Shown piece by piece: positions 24,715 through 36,862 of a DNA stretch of 64,000 nt. This DNA comes from Laetmonice hystrix. Lineage: Eukaryota. A program made the position numbers and the translations under genes. The notes beneath the pieces were generated by a model, which was not told the DNA's origin, did not search any database, and worked only from the letters and a program-made list of their open reading frames with translations. Position 1 is the first letter of the stretch; every line of letters begins with the position of its first letter. The stretch is from positions 23,374,001-23,438,000 of the forward strand of contig OZ249437.1 of assembly GCA_965235115.1 (NCBI GenBank), in the 5' to 3' direction.

Positions 24715-26812
24715 CAGCTGACTGCCTGCCTGCCTCCCTGCTCCAGGCTCAGGTTGGCAGTCAGTCCCTCCTGACTGCCTCCCTCCCTGCTCCAGGCTCA
24801 GGTTGGCAGTCAGTCCCTCCTGACTGACTGCCTCCCTCCCTGCTCCAGGCTCAGGTTGGCAGTCAGTCCCTCCTGACTGCCTCCCTCCTGCTCCAGGCTC
24901 AGGTTGGCAGTCAGTCCCTCCTGACTGCCTGCCTGCCTCCCTGCTCCAGGCTCAGGTTGGCAGTCAGTCCCTCCTGACTGCCTGCCTCCCTGCTCCAGGC
25001 TCAGGTTGGCAGTCAGTCCCTCCTGACTGCCTGCCTCCCTCCCTGCTCCAGGCTCAGGTTGGCAGTCAGTCCCTCCCTCCTGACTGCCTCCCTCCCTGCT
25101 CCAGGCTCAGGTTGGCAGTCAGTCCCTCCTGACTGCCTCCCTCCCTGCTCCAGGCTCAGGTTGGCAGTCAGTCCCTCCTGACTGCCTCCCTCCCTCCCTG
25201 CTCCAGGCTCAGGTTGGCAGTCAGTCCCTCCTGACTGCCTGCCTCCCTCCCTGCTCCAGGCTCAGGTTGGCAGTCAGTCCCTCCTGACTGCCTGCCTCCC
25301 TGCTCCAGGCTCAGGTTGGCAGTCCCTCCCTCCTGACTGCCTCTCTCCCTGCTCCAGGCTCAGGTTGGCAGTCCCTCCCTCCTGACTGCCTCCCTCCCTG
25401 CTCCAGGCTCAGGTTGGTAGTCAGTCCCTCCTGACTGCCTCCCTCCATGCTCCAGGCTCAGGTTGGCAGTCAGTCCCTCCTGACTGCCTCCCTCCCTGCT
25501 CCAGGCTCAGGTTGGCAGTCAGTCCCTCCTGACTGCCTCCCTCCCTGCTTCAGGCTCAGGTTGGCAGTCAGTCCCTCCTGACTGCCTCCCTCCCTGCTCC
25601 AGGCTCAGGTTGGCAGTCAGTCCCTCCTGACTGCCTCCCTCCCTGCTCCAGGCTCAGGTTGGCAGTCAGTCCCTCATGACTGCCTCCCTCCCTGCTCCAG
25701 GCTCAGGTTGGCAGTCAGTCCCTCCTGACTGCCTCCCTCCATGCTCCAGGCTCAGGTTGGCCCTGCTCCAGGCTCAGGTTGGCAGTCAGTCCCTCCTGAC
25801 TGCCTCCCTCCCTGCTCCAGGCTCAGGTTGGCAGTCAGTCCCTCCTGACTGCCTCCCTCCATGCTCCAGGCTCAGGTTGGCCCTGCTCCAGGCTCAGGTT
25901 GGCAGTCAGTCCCTCCTGACTGCCTCCCTCCATGCTCCAGGCTCAGGTTGGCAGTCAGTCTCTCCTGACTGCTTCCCCCCCTGCTCCAGGCTCAGGTTGG
26001 CAGTCAGTCCCTCCTGACTGCCTCCCTCCATGCTCCAGGCTCAGGTTGGCCCTGCTCCAGGCTCAGGTTGGCAGCCAGTCCCTCCTGACTGCCTCCCTCC
26101 CTGCTCCAGGCGCAGGTTGGCAGTCAGTCCCTCCCGACTGCCTCCCTCCCTGCTCCAGGCTCAGGTTGGCAGTCAGTCCCTCCTGACTGCATCCCTCCCT
26201 GCTCCAGGCTCAGGTTGGCAGTCAGTCCCTCCCGACTGCCCACTCCCTGCTCCAGGCTCAGGTTGGCAGTCAGTCCCTCCCGACTGCCCACTCCCTGCTC
26301 CAGGCTCAGGTTGGCAGTCAGTCCCTCCTGACTGCATCCCTCCCTGCTCCATGCTACTGTTGGCAGTCAGTCCCTCCCGACTGCCCACTCCCTGCTCCAG
26401 GCTCAGGTTGGCAGTCAGTCCCTCCTGACTGCCTCCCTCCCTGCTCCAGGCTCAGGTTGGCCCTGCTCCAGGCTCAGGTTGGCAGTCAGTCCCTCCTGAC
26501 TGCCTCCCTCCATGCTCCAGGCTCAGGTTGGCAGTCAGTCCCTCCTGACTGCATCCCTCCCTGCTCCAGGCTCAGGTTGGCAGTCAGTCACTCCTGACTG
26601 CATCCCTCCCTGCTTCAGGCTCAGGTTGGCAGTCAGTCCCTCCTGACTGCCTCCCTCCCTGCTCCAGGCTCAGGTTGGCAGTCAGTCCCTCCTGACTGCC
26701 TCCCTCCCTCCCTGCTCCAGGCTCAGGTTGGCAGTTAGTCCCTCCTGACTGCCTCCCTCCCTGCTCCAGGCTCAGGTTGGCAGTCAGTCCCTCCTGCCTG
26801 CCCACGCTACTG
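24715..26812. repeat. Minisatellite, ~49-bp unit (variable ctcc/ctgc tetramers), ~42 copies
   Basis: Unit cctgctccaggctcaggttggcagtcagtccctcctgactgcctccctc; 9-bp hairpin stem in most units. Confidence 0.96.
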
Positions 26813-27334
26813 TTGGTAGTCCCTCTCCCCAGGTGACAACTGCCCATCCATCGCAACCCGGACACAAACTCAGGTCTCGGTCACGTGGACTATCGGAACA
26901 AACCAGTACCTCCACCGGGATCGTTCATCTTCAACAAACCAGACCCAAGACCTTTCCTCATGTTCACTGCATCTAATCTTGATTAATTTTTTCCTCATTA
27001 ATTTTGCCGGCTAACACACCCGGGCTGTCATATCTCAGCGCGTCATTGTATCGCGGCCTCGTGTAGAGTATGACAAGACTTGATGAATAGATAGGTGTAA
27101 ATATCTCCCAGTTATTTTCTCGCTACAACCGCCGGTGATTGTCTAATAAATATGGTCCCTGTAGATACGGATCTAGAGATCCTGTCATAGCCGTTAAACC
27201 AAAAACTCCACTTTCCTCACTGGAAGGGAGACTCTTCAATCAGATAATGGTTCGGGTCACAGGCTTCATTTCCCTGCTGGAGGCCTCGCCACTTCAGTTT
27301 TATCAACCCATGTCAACCCTGCCTGGAGTAACTG

Positions 27335-27680
27335 TGGCAGTTGCCAGCACTGTGAGCTGGGTGAGCGAGGGCTAGGAGTCGGGCTATGAGCCGGGACTGT
27401 GAGCCTGGGCTATGAGCTGGGTGAGCCAGAGCTTTCGCCAGGGCTATCAACTGGGACCGTGAGCCAGGGCTAGTACTATGAGCCGGGACTGTGAGCCAGC
27501 ACTATGAGCTGGGTGAGCCAGGGCTAAGAGTCGGGCTATGAGCCGGGACTGTGAGCCAGGGCTAGGTCTCGGGCTATGAACTGGGACTGTGAACCAGGGC
27601 TATGAGCTGGGTCAGCTAGAGCTTTCGCCAGGGATATCAACAGGGATATCAACTAGGACCGTGAACCGTGAACTATGAGC
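27335..27680. repeat. Old, degenerate modular repeat
   Basis: Recurring gggctatgagc(c/t)ggg and actgtgagcca modules. Confidence 0.7.
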
Positions 27681-28307
27681 CGTTCCGTTCGCGTGTCATA
27701 TCCCTGACCAGTGAGTTTCATGATTTTAATCTGGCGACATCGCCGCAATCTGCTCTCATTCTCATATCCTGCTGTGTGAGCACCATTTGAGTACCCAGGT
27801 ACGAGTTCCGTATGTGTTATTACTTAACTCCATACAAAAACCCAGGCAATTTACCTTTACTTATCATAAAATTAACATTTGTGTTATTGCCGTTTGCCTG
27901 TTTGATCCCCGTTAATGTGACTTTATTCAGACCATGATTGGTGCTCCACCGATAGTTGTTCCATCAAAGTAATGAGGTTTTTCTCGCCGTTTCCTTGTGT
28001 CACCAAGTCCGGTCGGTACCCGTATGATGTCAGTGACGCTCACATCAGCACGTTCTTTTTTTAGCCGGCCAACACCCGATGACCCGATGACATCACATCA
28101 ATCGTGAACGCGGAACTGTTACGTCGCCAAGCCACTTATCACCTGGCCACGTCTACCTGGACACGCGCTGACTGTAAATGCCCACGTCAGTCGTGTAATT
28201 TGGCTCTATTTCCAGAGGCCAATTTACCGTCGCCTTGCCAGGGAGAGCGCAGTGACATGATTTACATATGTAACTCACCCACAACATGCAGCCACCCGCT
28301 CAGCAAG

Positions 28308-28537
28308 TCCTCTCTCTCTCTCTAGATCTCTCTCTCTCTCTCTCTCTATCTATCTGTCTTTCCCTCCCTCTATCTCTCTCTNNNNNNNNNNNNNNNNNNN
28401 NNNNNNNNNNNNNNNNNNNNNNNNNNNNNNNNNNNNNNNNNNNNNNNNNNNNNNNNNNNNNNNNNNNNNNNNNNNNNNNNNNNNNNNNNNNNNNNNNNNN
28501 NNNNNNNNNNNNNNNNNNNNNCTCTGTCTCTCTCTCC
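28308..28537. repeat. (CT)n microsatellite spanning an assembly gap
   Basis: CT-rich sequence on both sides of the N run. Confidence 0.85.
28382..28521. other. Assembly gap (140 N)
   Basis: Run of N. Confidence 0.99.
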
Positions 28538-29169
28538 CACTAGTAACCCTCCACTCTCTCAACTACCAGAGATGAAATCAAACAGTGTCCATGTCTGGAA
28601 TAATTATTTTAATGTATGTTATGGTCACAGCCGTGAGTTGTTTGCAGGGTCTAGTAGTGCTGCTTGAGTGGCCATAATCCCCTGATTGTCTGTGTAACAC
28701 GCCAGAAAACCAATTTTCCAAGGGTCAATGCTTTTTTAAATTCTGCATGCACTGCACACACCATACTCTAGTCTTGGCAAATTGTGCCTTTTACGGAGTC
28801 ATTATTGCAGTTTGGGTCAGTGAATGTAGTTTTATCACATCCTTGGATGTGCCCGAGTGGTTTGTATCATTGCAGGCTTGTCACCTTTACCAAGGGACTG
28901 GTTCAGGTCTGGGGCCAATTTTCGATGGCCGGGTGGGTGGGGTGGGGCGGGGCAGGGGGTGGGGTGTTGATCTCACCCCGGGGTGCCAACCCTCTCCTAC
29001 GTCATTACCCGGTCCTAATCCTCAGGTACGGTTGGTTGTGTGCGTGAGGTGGACGGGGTAACATGGCATGCAGCCCGCCCCTCTGTGTGAGAGTCAGATC
29101 AGGGTACAGTGCGGGTTTGGTGGCACCATGATTGCTGCTGCGGTCTGCCCAACCCAACACTCAACGGTA

Positions 29170-29655
29170 GGTCTGCCAACCCCACCCCTCCCCCACCCCT
29201 TTCTACACACCCCACCCCTTCCTACACACCTCACCCCTTCCTACACCCCCCCACCCACCCCTTCCTACACACCCCACCACTTCCTACACAATCCCCCACC
29301 CACCCCTTCCTACACACCCCACCCCTTCCTACACACCCCACCCCTTCCTACACACACACACCCCTTTCTACACACCCCACCCCTTCCTACACCCCCCTCC
29401 CCCACCCCATCCTACACACCCCAACCCCCTTCCTACACCCCCCCGCCCCATCCTACACACCCCAACCCCCTTCCTACACCCCCTCCCCCACCCCATCCTA
29501 CACACCCCAACCCCCTTCCTACACCCCCCCCCCCGCCCCATCCTACACACCCCAACCCCCTTCCTACACCCCCCCGCCCCATCCTACACACCCCAACCCC
29601 CTTCCTACACCCCCCCCCCCACCCCATCCTACACACCCCAACCCCCTTCCTCTTT
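29170..29655. repeat. C-rich degenerate minisatellite
   Basis: cctacacaccccacccctt-type units merging into ~42-45-bp ccccatcctacacaccccaacccccttcctacacccc units. Confidence 0.85.
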
Positions 29656-30046
29656 CCCGGACATTCACAGCTAACCATGCCACGTTTAGAAGTCTGCTCA
29701 ATTAACAATTTTCCAGTCTGAATTCTAGATTAAACCATTAAAACAGTGTACAGTGAAAGACTTGCCAACAAGTTTATTTGATTTTCATGGTTCATGATTT
29801 GAGTTCACCTTTTTGGAAATAACAGGATCCTTCTCTTTCTTAAAAGAAAGTTACCCGAGGTAACCGGACAAGTGAACTATATATCGAATAGGTTGTAAAA
29901 AACGGATCATCATTCATATATGTGGTGGAACTAATGACGAATTGGGGGCAGCAGGCAGAAAGTACGAGTCGGAGAAATAGAGCATTGTCTGGCAAGGTGC
30001 CTCAGAGACCTCCCCGCGGACTGTGGCATGACCACGGGAGCGTGAC

Positions 30047-30342
30047 ACTGGGAGCACCTTCAATCGGCTGTATTAGGAGCGCAGTGTCAAACATTGGGAG
30101 CGCCTTCAGTCTGCTGTAAGGAGCGCAGTGCCTCATCAAACATTGGGGGCGCCTTCAGTCGGCTGTAAGGAGCGCAGTGCCTCATCAAACATTGGGAGCG
30201 CCTTCAGTCGGCTGTAAGGAGCGCAGTGCCTCGTCAAACATTGGGAGCGCCTTCAGTCGGCTGTATTAGGAGCGCACTGCCTCATCAAACATTGGGAGCG
30301 CCTTCAGTCAGCTGTAAGGAGCGCAGTGTCTCATCAAACTGT
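30047..30342. repeat. Minisatellite, 49-bp unit, ~6 copies
   Basis: Unit gggagcgccttcagtcggctgtaaggagcgcagtgcctcatcaaacatt. Confidence 0.92.
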
Positions 30343-31016
30343 TTTTCAGCACCTAGTGACTTTTACAATTACAGTGACCAGCCACCTCGTGATCCGGACT
30401 CTCCTCCGCCACGCAAGTAACACCCCATATGGCGAAAAAACAATATGATAGAAAAAAAACAACACTTAACATCATCTAGAGATTGCAATACTGTGGCCTA
30501 GAACACAAACGTAGGCCAAGAAATCCAAACACGACCAGTCGAGAAAAAAACCCTGGTTTTCCATACTTGTTTTATAACATTATTTATTTTCTACTCAGGT
30601 TCTGACACAAGACCTTTAACAAATTGGAAAAGTTGTTCTCCCCCTCAGATCTCCTTGGTTTAATGAAAGCAAACTGGGTCGTTTAAGAAGCACTGTGTAA
30701 GTTCTTGGAGAGACCTGAGAGGAGGCACAGGGCAGCCACCAATAATGTCAACTCTACGTTACCAAAGTCAGGTTTCATATCTCGTACAACCATAAAAAAC
30801 AAGTCTACACAAGGCATCTTTTATAAAGTATTTGGAGAAATGTAAAATCAACCAACAGGATATTAGATAACGTCGAATCTTTCCCCAGTCGCCCTTCCAT
30901 ACAACTGAGTGATCGATGGAGAACCCTGGAATCACAACGACACCGCCAACACTGCCGACACGACAGCGTTCCCGTTGTCATGTCAACACAAACAAAACTT
31001 GACGTCGTGCTCCGAC

Positions 31017-31882
31017 CGCACAGACTGTGTCTGAGATCCGACATGTGTGTTCATGTTAACCATCTCTTACCCTTCTAAAGGAGGATCCTGAACACTCGCT
31101 GTGAATACAACAATATACCCGAACACTCGCTGTGAATACAACAATATACCCGAACACTCGCTGTGAATACAACAATATATCCGACATGTCAGTCCATGTT
31201 AACCATCTCTTACCCTTCTAAAGGAGGATCCTGAACTATCGCTGTGAATACAACAATATACCTGAACTATCGCTTGAATACAACAATATATCCGACATGT
31301 CAGTCCATGTTAACCATCTCTTACCCTTCTAAAGGAGGATCCTGAACTATCGCTGTGAATACAACAATATACCTGAACTATCGCTGTGAATACAACAATA
31401 TATCCGACATGTCAGTCCATGTTAACCATCTCTTACCCTTCTAAAGGAGGATCCTGAACTATCGCTGTGAATACAACAATATACCTGAACTATCGCTGTG
31501 AATACAACAATATATCCGACATGTCAGTCCATGTTAACCATCTCTTACCCTTCTAAAGGAGGATCCTGAACTATCGCTGTGAATACAACAATATACCTGA
31601 ACTATCGCTTGAATACAACAATATATCCGACATGTCAGTCCATGTTAACCATCTCTTACCCTTCTAAAGGAGGATCCTGAACTATCGCTGTGAATACAAC
31701 AATATGCCCGAACACTCGCTGTGAATACAACAATATATCCGACATGTCAGTCCATGTTAACCATCTATCTCTTACCCTTCTAAAGGAGGATCCTGAACTC
31801 TCGCTGTGAATACAACAATATATCTGAACACTCGCTGTGAATACAATATACCTGATCTATCACTGTGAATACAACAATATGA
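31017..31882. repeat. Nested minisatellite, ~112-bp unit containing an internal ~31-bp duplication, ~7 copies
   Basis: ccgacatg recurs at 31181, 31292 and 31404; sub-unit cctgaactatcgctgtgaatacaacaatata occurs twice per unit. Confidence 0.93.
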
Positions 31883-32343
31883 CCCTCTCCTCTAACCACA
31901 TAAAACTAACACTACAATACACCTCATTCAAAGGATCCCCTAGGCTCTGGTTATTGTTACTTGGAGGGACCTAGACACCTGTTATCATTCCTAACAGCTC
32001 CCCATGCCACTCTTTAAGAGCTACTTGAGACTTGAGTCGACCTTAACTGATCCACCTGGCCCCGGTTTTAGAAAGGCTCTAAGCAGCAAGCTGAAAGCTA
32101 AGCAGGGCTACGGTGGCCCATGAGGACACTTTAAAGGGAGTCGTAAAATTCATTTTTTTTCGATTTATGACAGTCTTAGAAACATATGATTCGCATACCC
32201 TGGACTCCCAGTAACATCATGTGAGACTGTTATGGCCCAGCGACCAGTATTTAGTAAGGAGAATATGCCAAATCTCTCGCAAATACGTAGCTCAGAATTA
32301 GCGAGCGGCCCACAGGATATTTGAGTTGGCCGCGGTCGGGCGA

Positions 32344-32389
32344 TGATCACGCGTGATCACGTGACTTCCGGGTGTGGAAGGGAATCTCC
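32344..32389. promoter_or_regulatory. CpG-rich motif cluster: 16-bp palindrome, E-box, ETS core, kappaB-like site
   Basis: TGATCACGCGTGATCA (32344-59), TCACGTGA (32357-64), ACTTCCGG (32364-71), GGGAATCTCC (32380-89); function untested. Confidence 0.35.
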
Positions 32390-32637
32390 CTCTAGTCTAG
32401 CGTTGACCTAAATACCTTTCTACAGTGATTTTCATGGATATTTTCACGACAGCGGTGAAAATATTACCACCATGTTTAAATTATTATCACTGTGAAAATA
32501 TCGATTTAGAAAGTTAAAAACACAAGTATATGTCCCTAATGGGCTGCCGTAGCTCATATTTATTCTGATTGGCTAATATAGCTACTTTTATGCAGCCACA
32601 GGGCCAGCTACTGCCTTTACTCTCCGCGCAGAGATGT

Positions 32638-33657
32638 CTCGTACAGACATTACCCGTTGGCCGTCAGTCTCCATACAGACATTACCGTTGGCCCTCAGTC
32701 TCCATACAGACATTACCGTTAGCCGTCAGTCTCCATACAGACATTACCGTTGGCCGCCAGTCTCCATACAGACATTACCGTTGGCCATCAGTCTCCATAC
32801 AGACATTACCCCCCGGCCGTCAGTCTCCATACAGACATTACCCCCGGCCGTCAGTCTCCATACAGACATTACCGTTGGCCGCCAGTCTCCATACAGACAT
32901 TACCCGTTGGCCATCAGTCTCCATACAGACATTACCGTTGGCCATCAGTCTCCATACAGACATTACCCGTTGGCCGTCCGTCTCCATACAGACATTACCG
33001 TTGGCCATCAGTCTCCATACAGACATTACCGTTGGCCGTCAGTCTCCATACAGACATTACCGTTGGCCGTCAGTCTCCATACAGACATTACCGTTGGCCG
33101 TCAGTCTCCATACAGACATTACCCCCCGGCCGTCAGTCTCCATACAGACATTACCGTTGGCCGTCAGTCTCCATACAGACATTACCGTTGGCCGTCAGTC
33201 TCCATACAGACATTACCCCCCGGCCATCAGTCTCCATACAGACATTACCGTTGGCCATCAGTCTCCATACAGACATTACCCCCCGGCCATCAGTCTCCAT
33301 ACAGACATTACCGTTGGCCATCAGTCTCCATACAGACATTACCGTTGGCCATCAGTCTCCATACAGACATTACCCCCCGGCCGTCAGTCTCCATACAGAC
33401 ATTACCGTTGGCCGTCAGTCTCCATACAGACATTACCCCCCGGCCGTCAGTCTCCATACAGACATTACCGTTGGCCATCAGTCTCCATACAGACATTACC
33501 GTTGGCCATCAGTCTCCATACAGACATTACCCCCGGCCGTCAGTCTCCATACAGACATTACCGTTGGCCGTCAGTCTCCATACAGACATTACCGTTGGCC
33601 GTCAGTCTCCATACAGACATTACCGTTGGCCGTCAGTCTCCATACAGACATTACCCG
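32638..33657. repeat. Minisatellite, 31-bp unit, ~33 copies
   Basis: Unit cagtctccatacagacattaccgttggcc(g/a)t with a cccccggcc variant. Confidence 0.96.
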
Positions 33658-34899
33658 CACGGCCGCTGAACCCTAAGTAGTGGAGTTCCCTCTCCACCTG
33701 ACGTTATTCCATCTTGCAGAGCGAGATGCCGTGGAATTTTAATCACACGTTTGGCAGTATTGATCTTCAGAAAAGATTACCATCATTCTCATGCTGGGGG
33801 TGTTAGCAGGTGGGGGGGTGAGGGTGATGGTTGGGTTGGGGGTAGAATGGGGGGGGGGTGCTATCTCCATCTCCTGCCTTCACAATGAGGCAAGGTGCCA
33901 AGTCGATCAATCGCTCTACCATACAATCTCCCTCGCCTCCCTTCCCACCCGCCCTCCTTATTTGGGCCTGTTGCCTGCCCCTCCCCTCCCTCCATCCCAG
34001 CGCTGCACCAGGAGGCAAACCTTGGTTTTTCTGTTGTTGACACTCCACAACCTAAACTGACTGGATCTGGGTGTCATTAAACGCTGTGTCATGTGAACAC
34101 TAAATCTCGGATACTGAGGCAGTGTAAGGATTAGTTACCGGGGGCCCTAGTCAGACGGGAGGGCGGGGCAGGGGTGGGGCAGGGAGCCGGGGGGCCGGGG
34201 GCGGGGGCTGGGAGACGGGGGGAGCTGGGGACCTAAGGTCTCATGGACCACCCTTCACAGTTGCTTTCCCTCCTTCAGTCTTTCTTTGCTGGCCCTGATG
34301 CTCTGGTTCTATGTCTGCACATTCACGAGTTACAATGTTTGGATGTAGGTTGGTAAGGGGAGAGTAGACAGGCAAGTAGCTATAGTCTAATATGTAGTGT
34401 ATAGTGTAGTACGCTTGGATAGGTAAATACTTTTACAAAATACGATTTCTATGCATCCCGCCTAACTTTATTTTATTTTTAAGGGGGGGGGGGGTATTTC
34501 TTTATGGGACAGACTCATAACATGTTGTCTTATAACACATGCCTTGTTTGATTTCCTTTGGTGATTTCTAGGTACACGTTTCATTACGCCACCATTGCAG
34601 AGTTTTTAAAGGCTGTCGTCTCTAGGACAGGGAGGGTGGCTGGTCAAGATCTGGGCATGTTGGAGTGTCTGGCTATCGCTGGTTACCATGGTATCCAATA
34701 AGGCCCGAATAGCAGGTGGACGGGGATGGGGATTTACCCCAGGTAAGCTGTCGCTGCGTTATACCGGGGTGGGGGGTGGGAGGGGGGGGGGGGGTAAGGC
34801 GAGCCAAGTGGAGCTGTCTGTTGAATCTATAAAAAAAAAATACATCGTTCGCATGTCTACAGGGCACCTTCTCATGCCGGGAGCTGGAGAGAGGATGGG

Positions 34900-35545
34900 G
34901 TAGAGGTTTGGGGGTAGGGGGTCGGTGGTAGGGGTGGGGTTAGGGGGTCGGTGGTAGGGGTGGGGTTAGGGGGTCGGTGGTAGGGGTGGGGTTAGGGGGT
35001 CGGTGGTAGGGGTGGGGGTAGGGGGTCGGTGGTAGGGGTGGGGTAGAGGGTTGGGGGTAGGGGTGGGGTAGAGGGTTGGGGGTAGGGGGTTGGTGGTAGG
35101 GATGGGGTAGGGGGTCGGTGGTAGGGGTGGGGTAGGGGGTCGGTGGTAGGGATGAGGTAGGGGGTCGGTGGTAGGGGTGGGGTAGGGGGGTCGGTGGTAG
35201 GGGTGGGGTAGGGGGTCGGTGGTAGGGGTGGGGTAGAGGGTTGGGGGTAGGGGGTTGGCGGTAGGGGTGGGGTAGGGGGTCGGTGGTAGGGGTGGGGTAG
35301 GGGGTCGGTTGTAGGGGTGGGGTAGAGGGTTGGGGGTAGGGGGTTGGTGGTAGGGGTGGGGTAGGGGGTCGGTGGTAGGGGTGGGGAAGGGGGTCGGTGG
35401 TAGGGGTGGGGTAGAGGGTTGGGGGTAGGGGGTTGGTGGTAGGGGTGGGGTAGGGGGTCGGTGCTAGGGGTGGGGTAGAGGGTTGGGGCGGGGTAGAGGG
35501 TCAGTGGTAGGGGTGGGGTAGAGGGTTGGGGCGGGGTAGAGGGTA
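34900..35545. repeat. G-rich minisatellite, ~25-bp unit, G-quadruplex-capable
   Basis: Unit gggggtcggtggtaggggtggggta plus gagggttgggggta inserts. Confidence 0.92.
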
Positions 35546-35651
35546 CCCCGAGATGGACAGGTAGAGAAGGCAAACACAACTGGCCAATTGGAGCCAGATT
35601 TAGGGGACCAATTCCACATACTACTATGCTGCGGGCACCAATGAGTGATTA

Positions 35652-35770
35652 CGTCACACCGGCTGCAGTCCGGACCCGGGGCAGCTGCAGTCCGGACCCG
35701 GGGCAGCTGCAGTCCGGAGCCGGGCCAGCTGCTGTCCGGAGCCGGGCCAGCTACAGTCTGGACCCGGGGC
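35652..35770. repeat. GC-rich 22-bp repeat, ~5 copies
   Basis: cagtccggacccggggcagctg-type units. Confidence 0.8.
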
Positions 35771-35913
35771 CTGACGCTAACGGCCATACACGTATACTAC
35801 TCAGACCCTAGTCTGGCACGAGAAGGCATCAGTTCAATTCCCTGTAGACCTAGTCGTGTTCAAATGAGGGGAGAATGGGTCTGTCTGCGGTCCTACCCAA
35901 TACGCTCTCAGTG

Positions 35914-36862
35914 TTAAAAGGTTCCTGTGTGGACGGCTCAGGTCAGTGCTAAAAGGTTCCTCTGTGGACAGCTCAGGTTCCCCTGTGGAGGGCTCAGGTC
36001 AATGTTAAAAGGTTCCTGTGTGGACGGCTCAGGTTCCTCTGTGGACGGCTCAGGTCAGTGTTAAAAGGTTCCTCTGTGGACGGCTCAGGTTCCTCTGTGG
36101 ACTGCTTAGGTTCCTCTGTGGACGGCTCAGGTCAGTGTTCAAAGGTTCCTCTGTGGACGGCTCAGGTTCCTCTGTGGACGGCTCAGGTCAGTGTTTAAAA
36201 GGTTCCTCTGTGGACGGCTCAGGTTCCTCTGTGGACGGCTCAGGTCAGTGTTAAAAGGTTCCCCTGTGGACGGCTCAGGTTCCTCTGTGGAGGGCTCAGG
36301 TCAGTGTAAAGGGTTCCTCTGCGGACGGCTCAGGTTCCTCTGTGGACGGCTCCGGTTCCTCTGTGGACGGCTCAGGTCAGTGTTCAAAGGTTCCTCTGTG
36401 GACGGCTCAGGTTCCTCTGTGGACGGCTCAGGTCAGTGTTTAAAAGGTTCCTCTGTGGACGGCTCAGGTTCCTCTGTGGACGGCTCAGGTCAGTGTTAAA
36501 AGGTTCCCCTGTGGACGGCTCAGGTCAGTGTTAAAAGGTTCCTCTGTGGACGGCTCAGGTTCCTCTGTGGACGGCTCCGGTTCCTCTGTGGACGGCTCAG
36601 GTCAGTGTTAAAAGGTTCCTCTGTGGACGGCTCCGGTTCCTCTGTGGACGGCTCAGGTCAGTGTTAAAAGGTTCCTCTGTGGACGGCTCAGGTCAGTGTT
36701 AAAAGGTTCCTCTGTGGACGGCTCCGGTTCCTCTGTGGACGGCTCCGGTTCCTCTGTGGACGGCTCCGGTTCCTCTGTGGACGGCTCAGGTCAGTGTTAA
36801 AAGGTTCCTCTGTGGACGGCTCAGGTCAGTGTTAAAAGGTTCCTCTGTGGACGGCTCAGGTT
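35914..36862. repeat. Modular minisatellite: 21-bp module plus optional 14-bp spacer
   Basis: ggttcctctgtggacggctca interleaved with ggtcagtgttaaaa. Confidence 0.94.
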
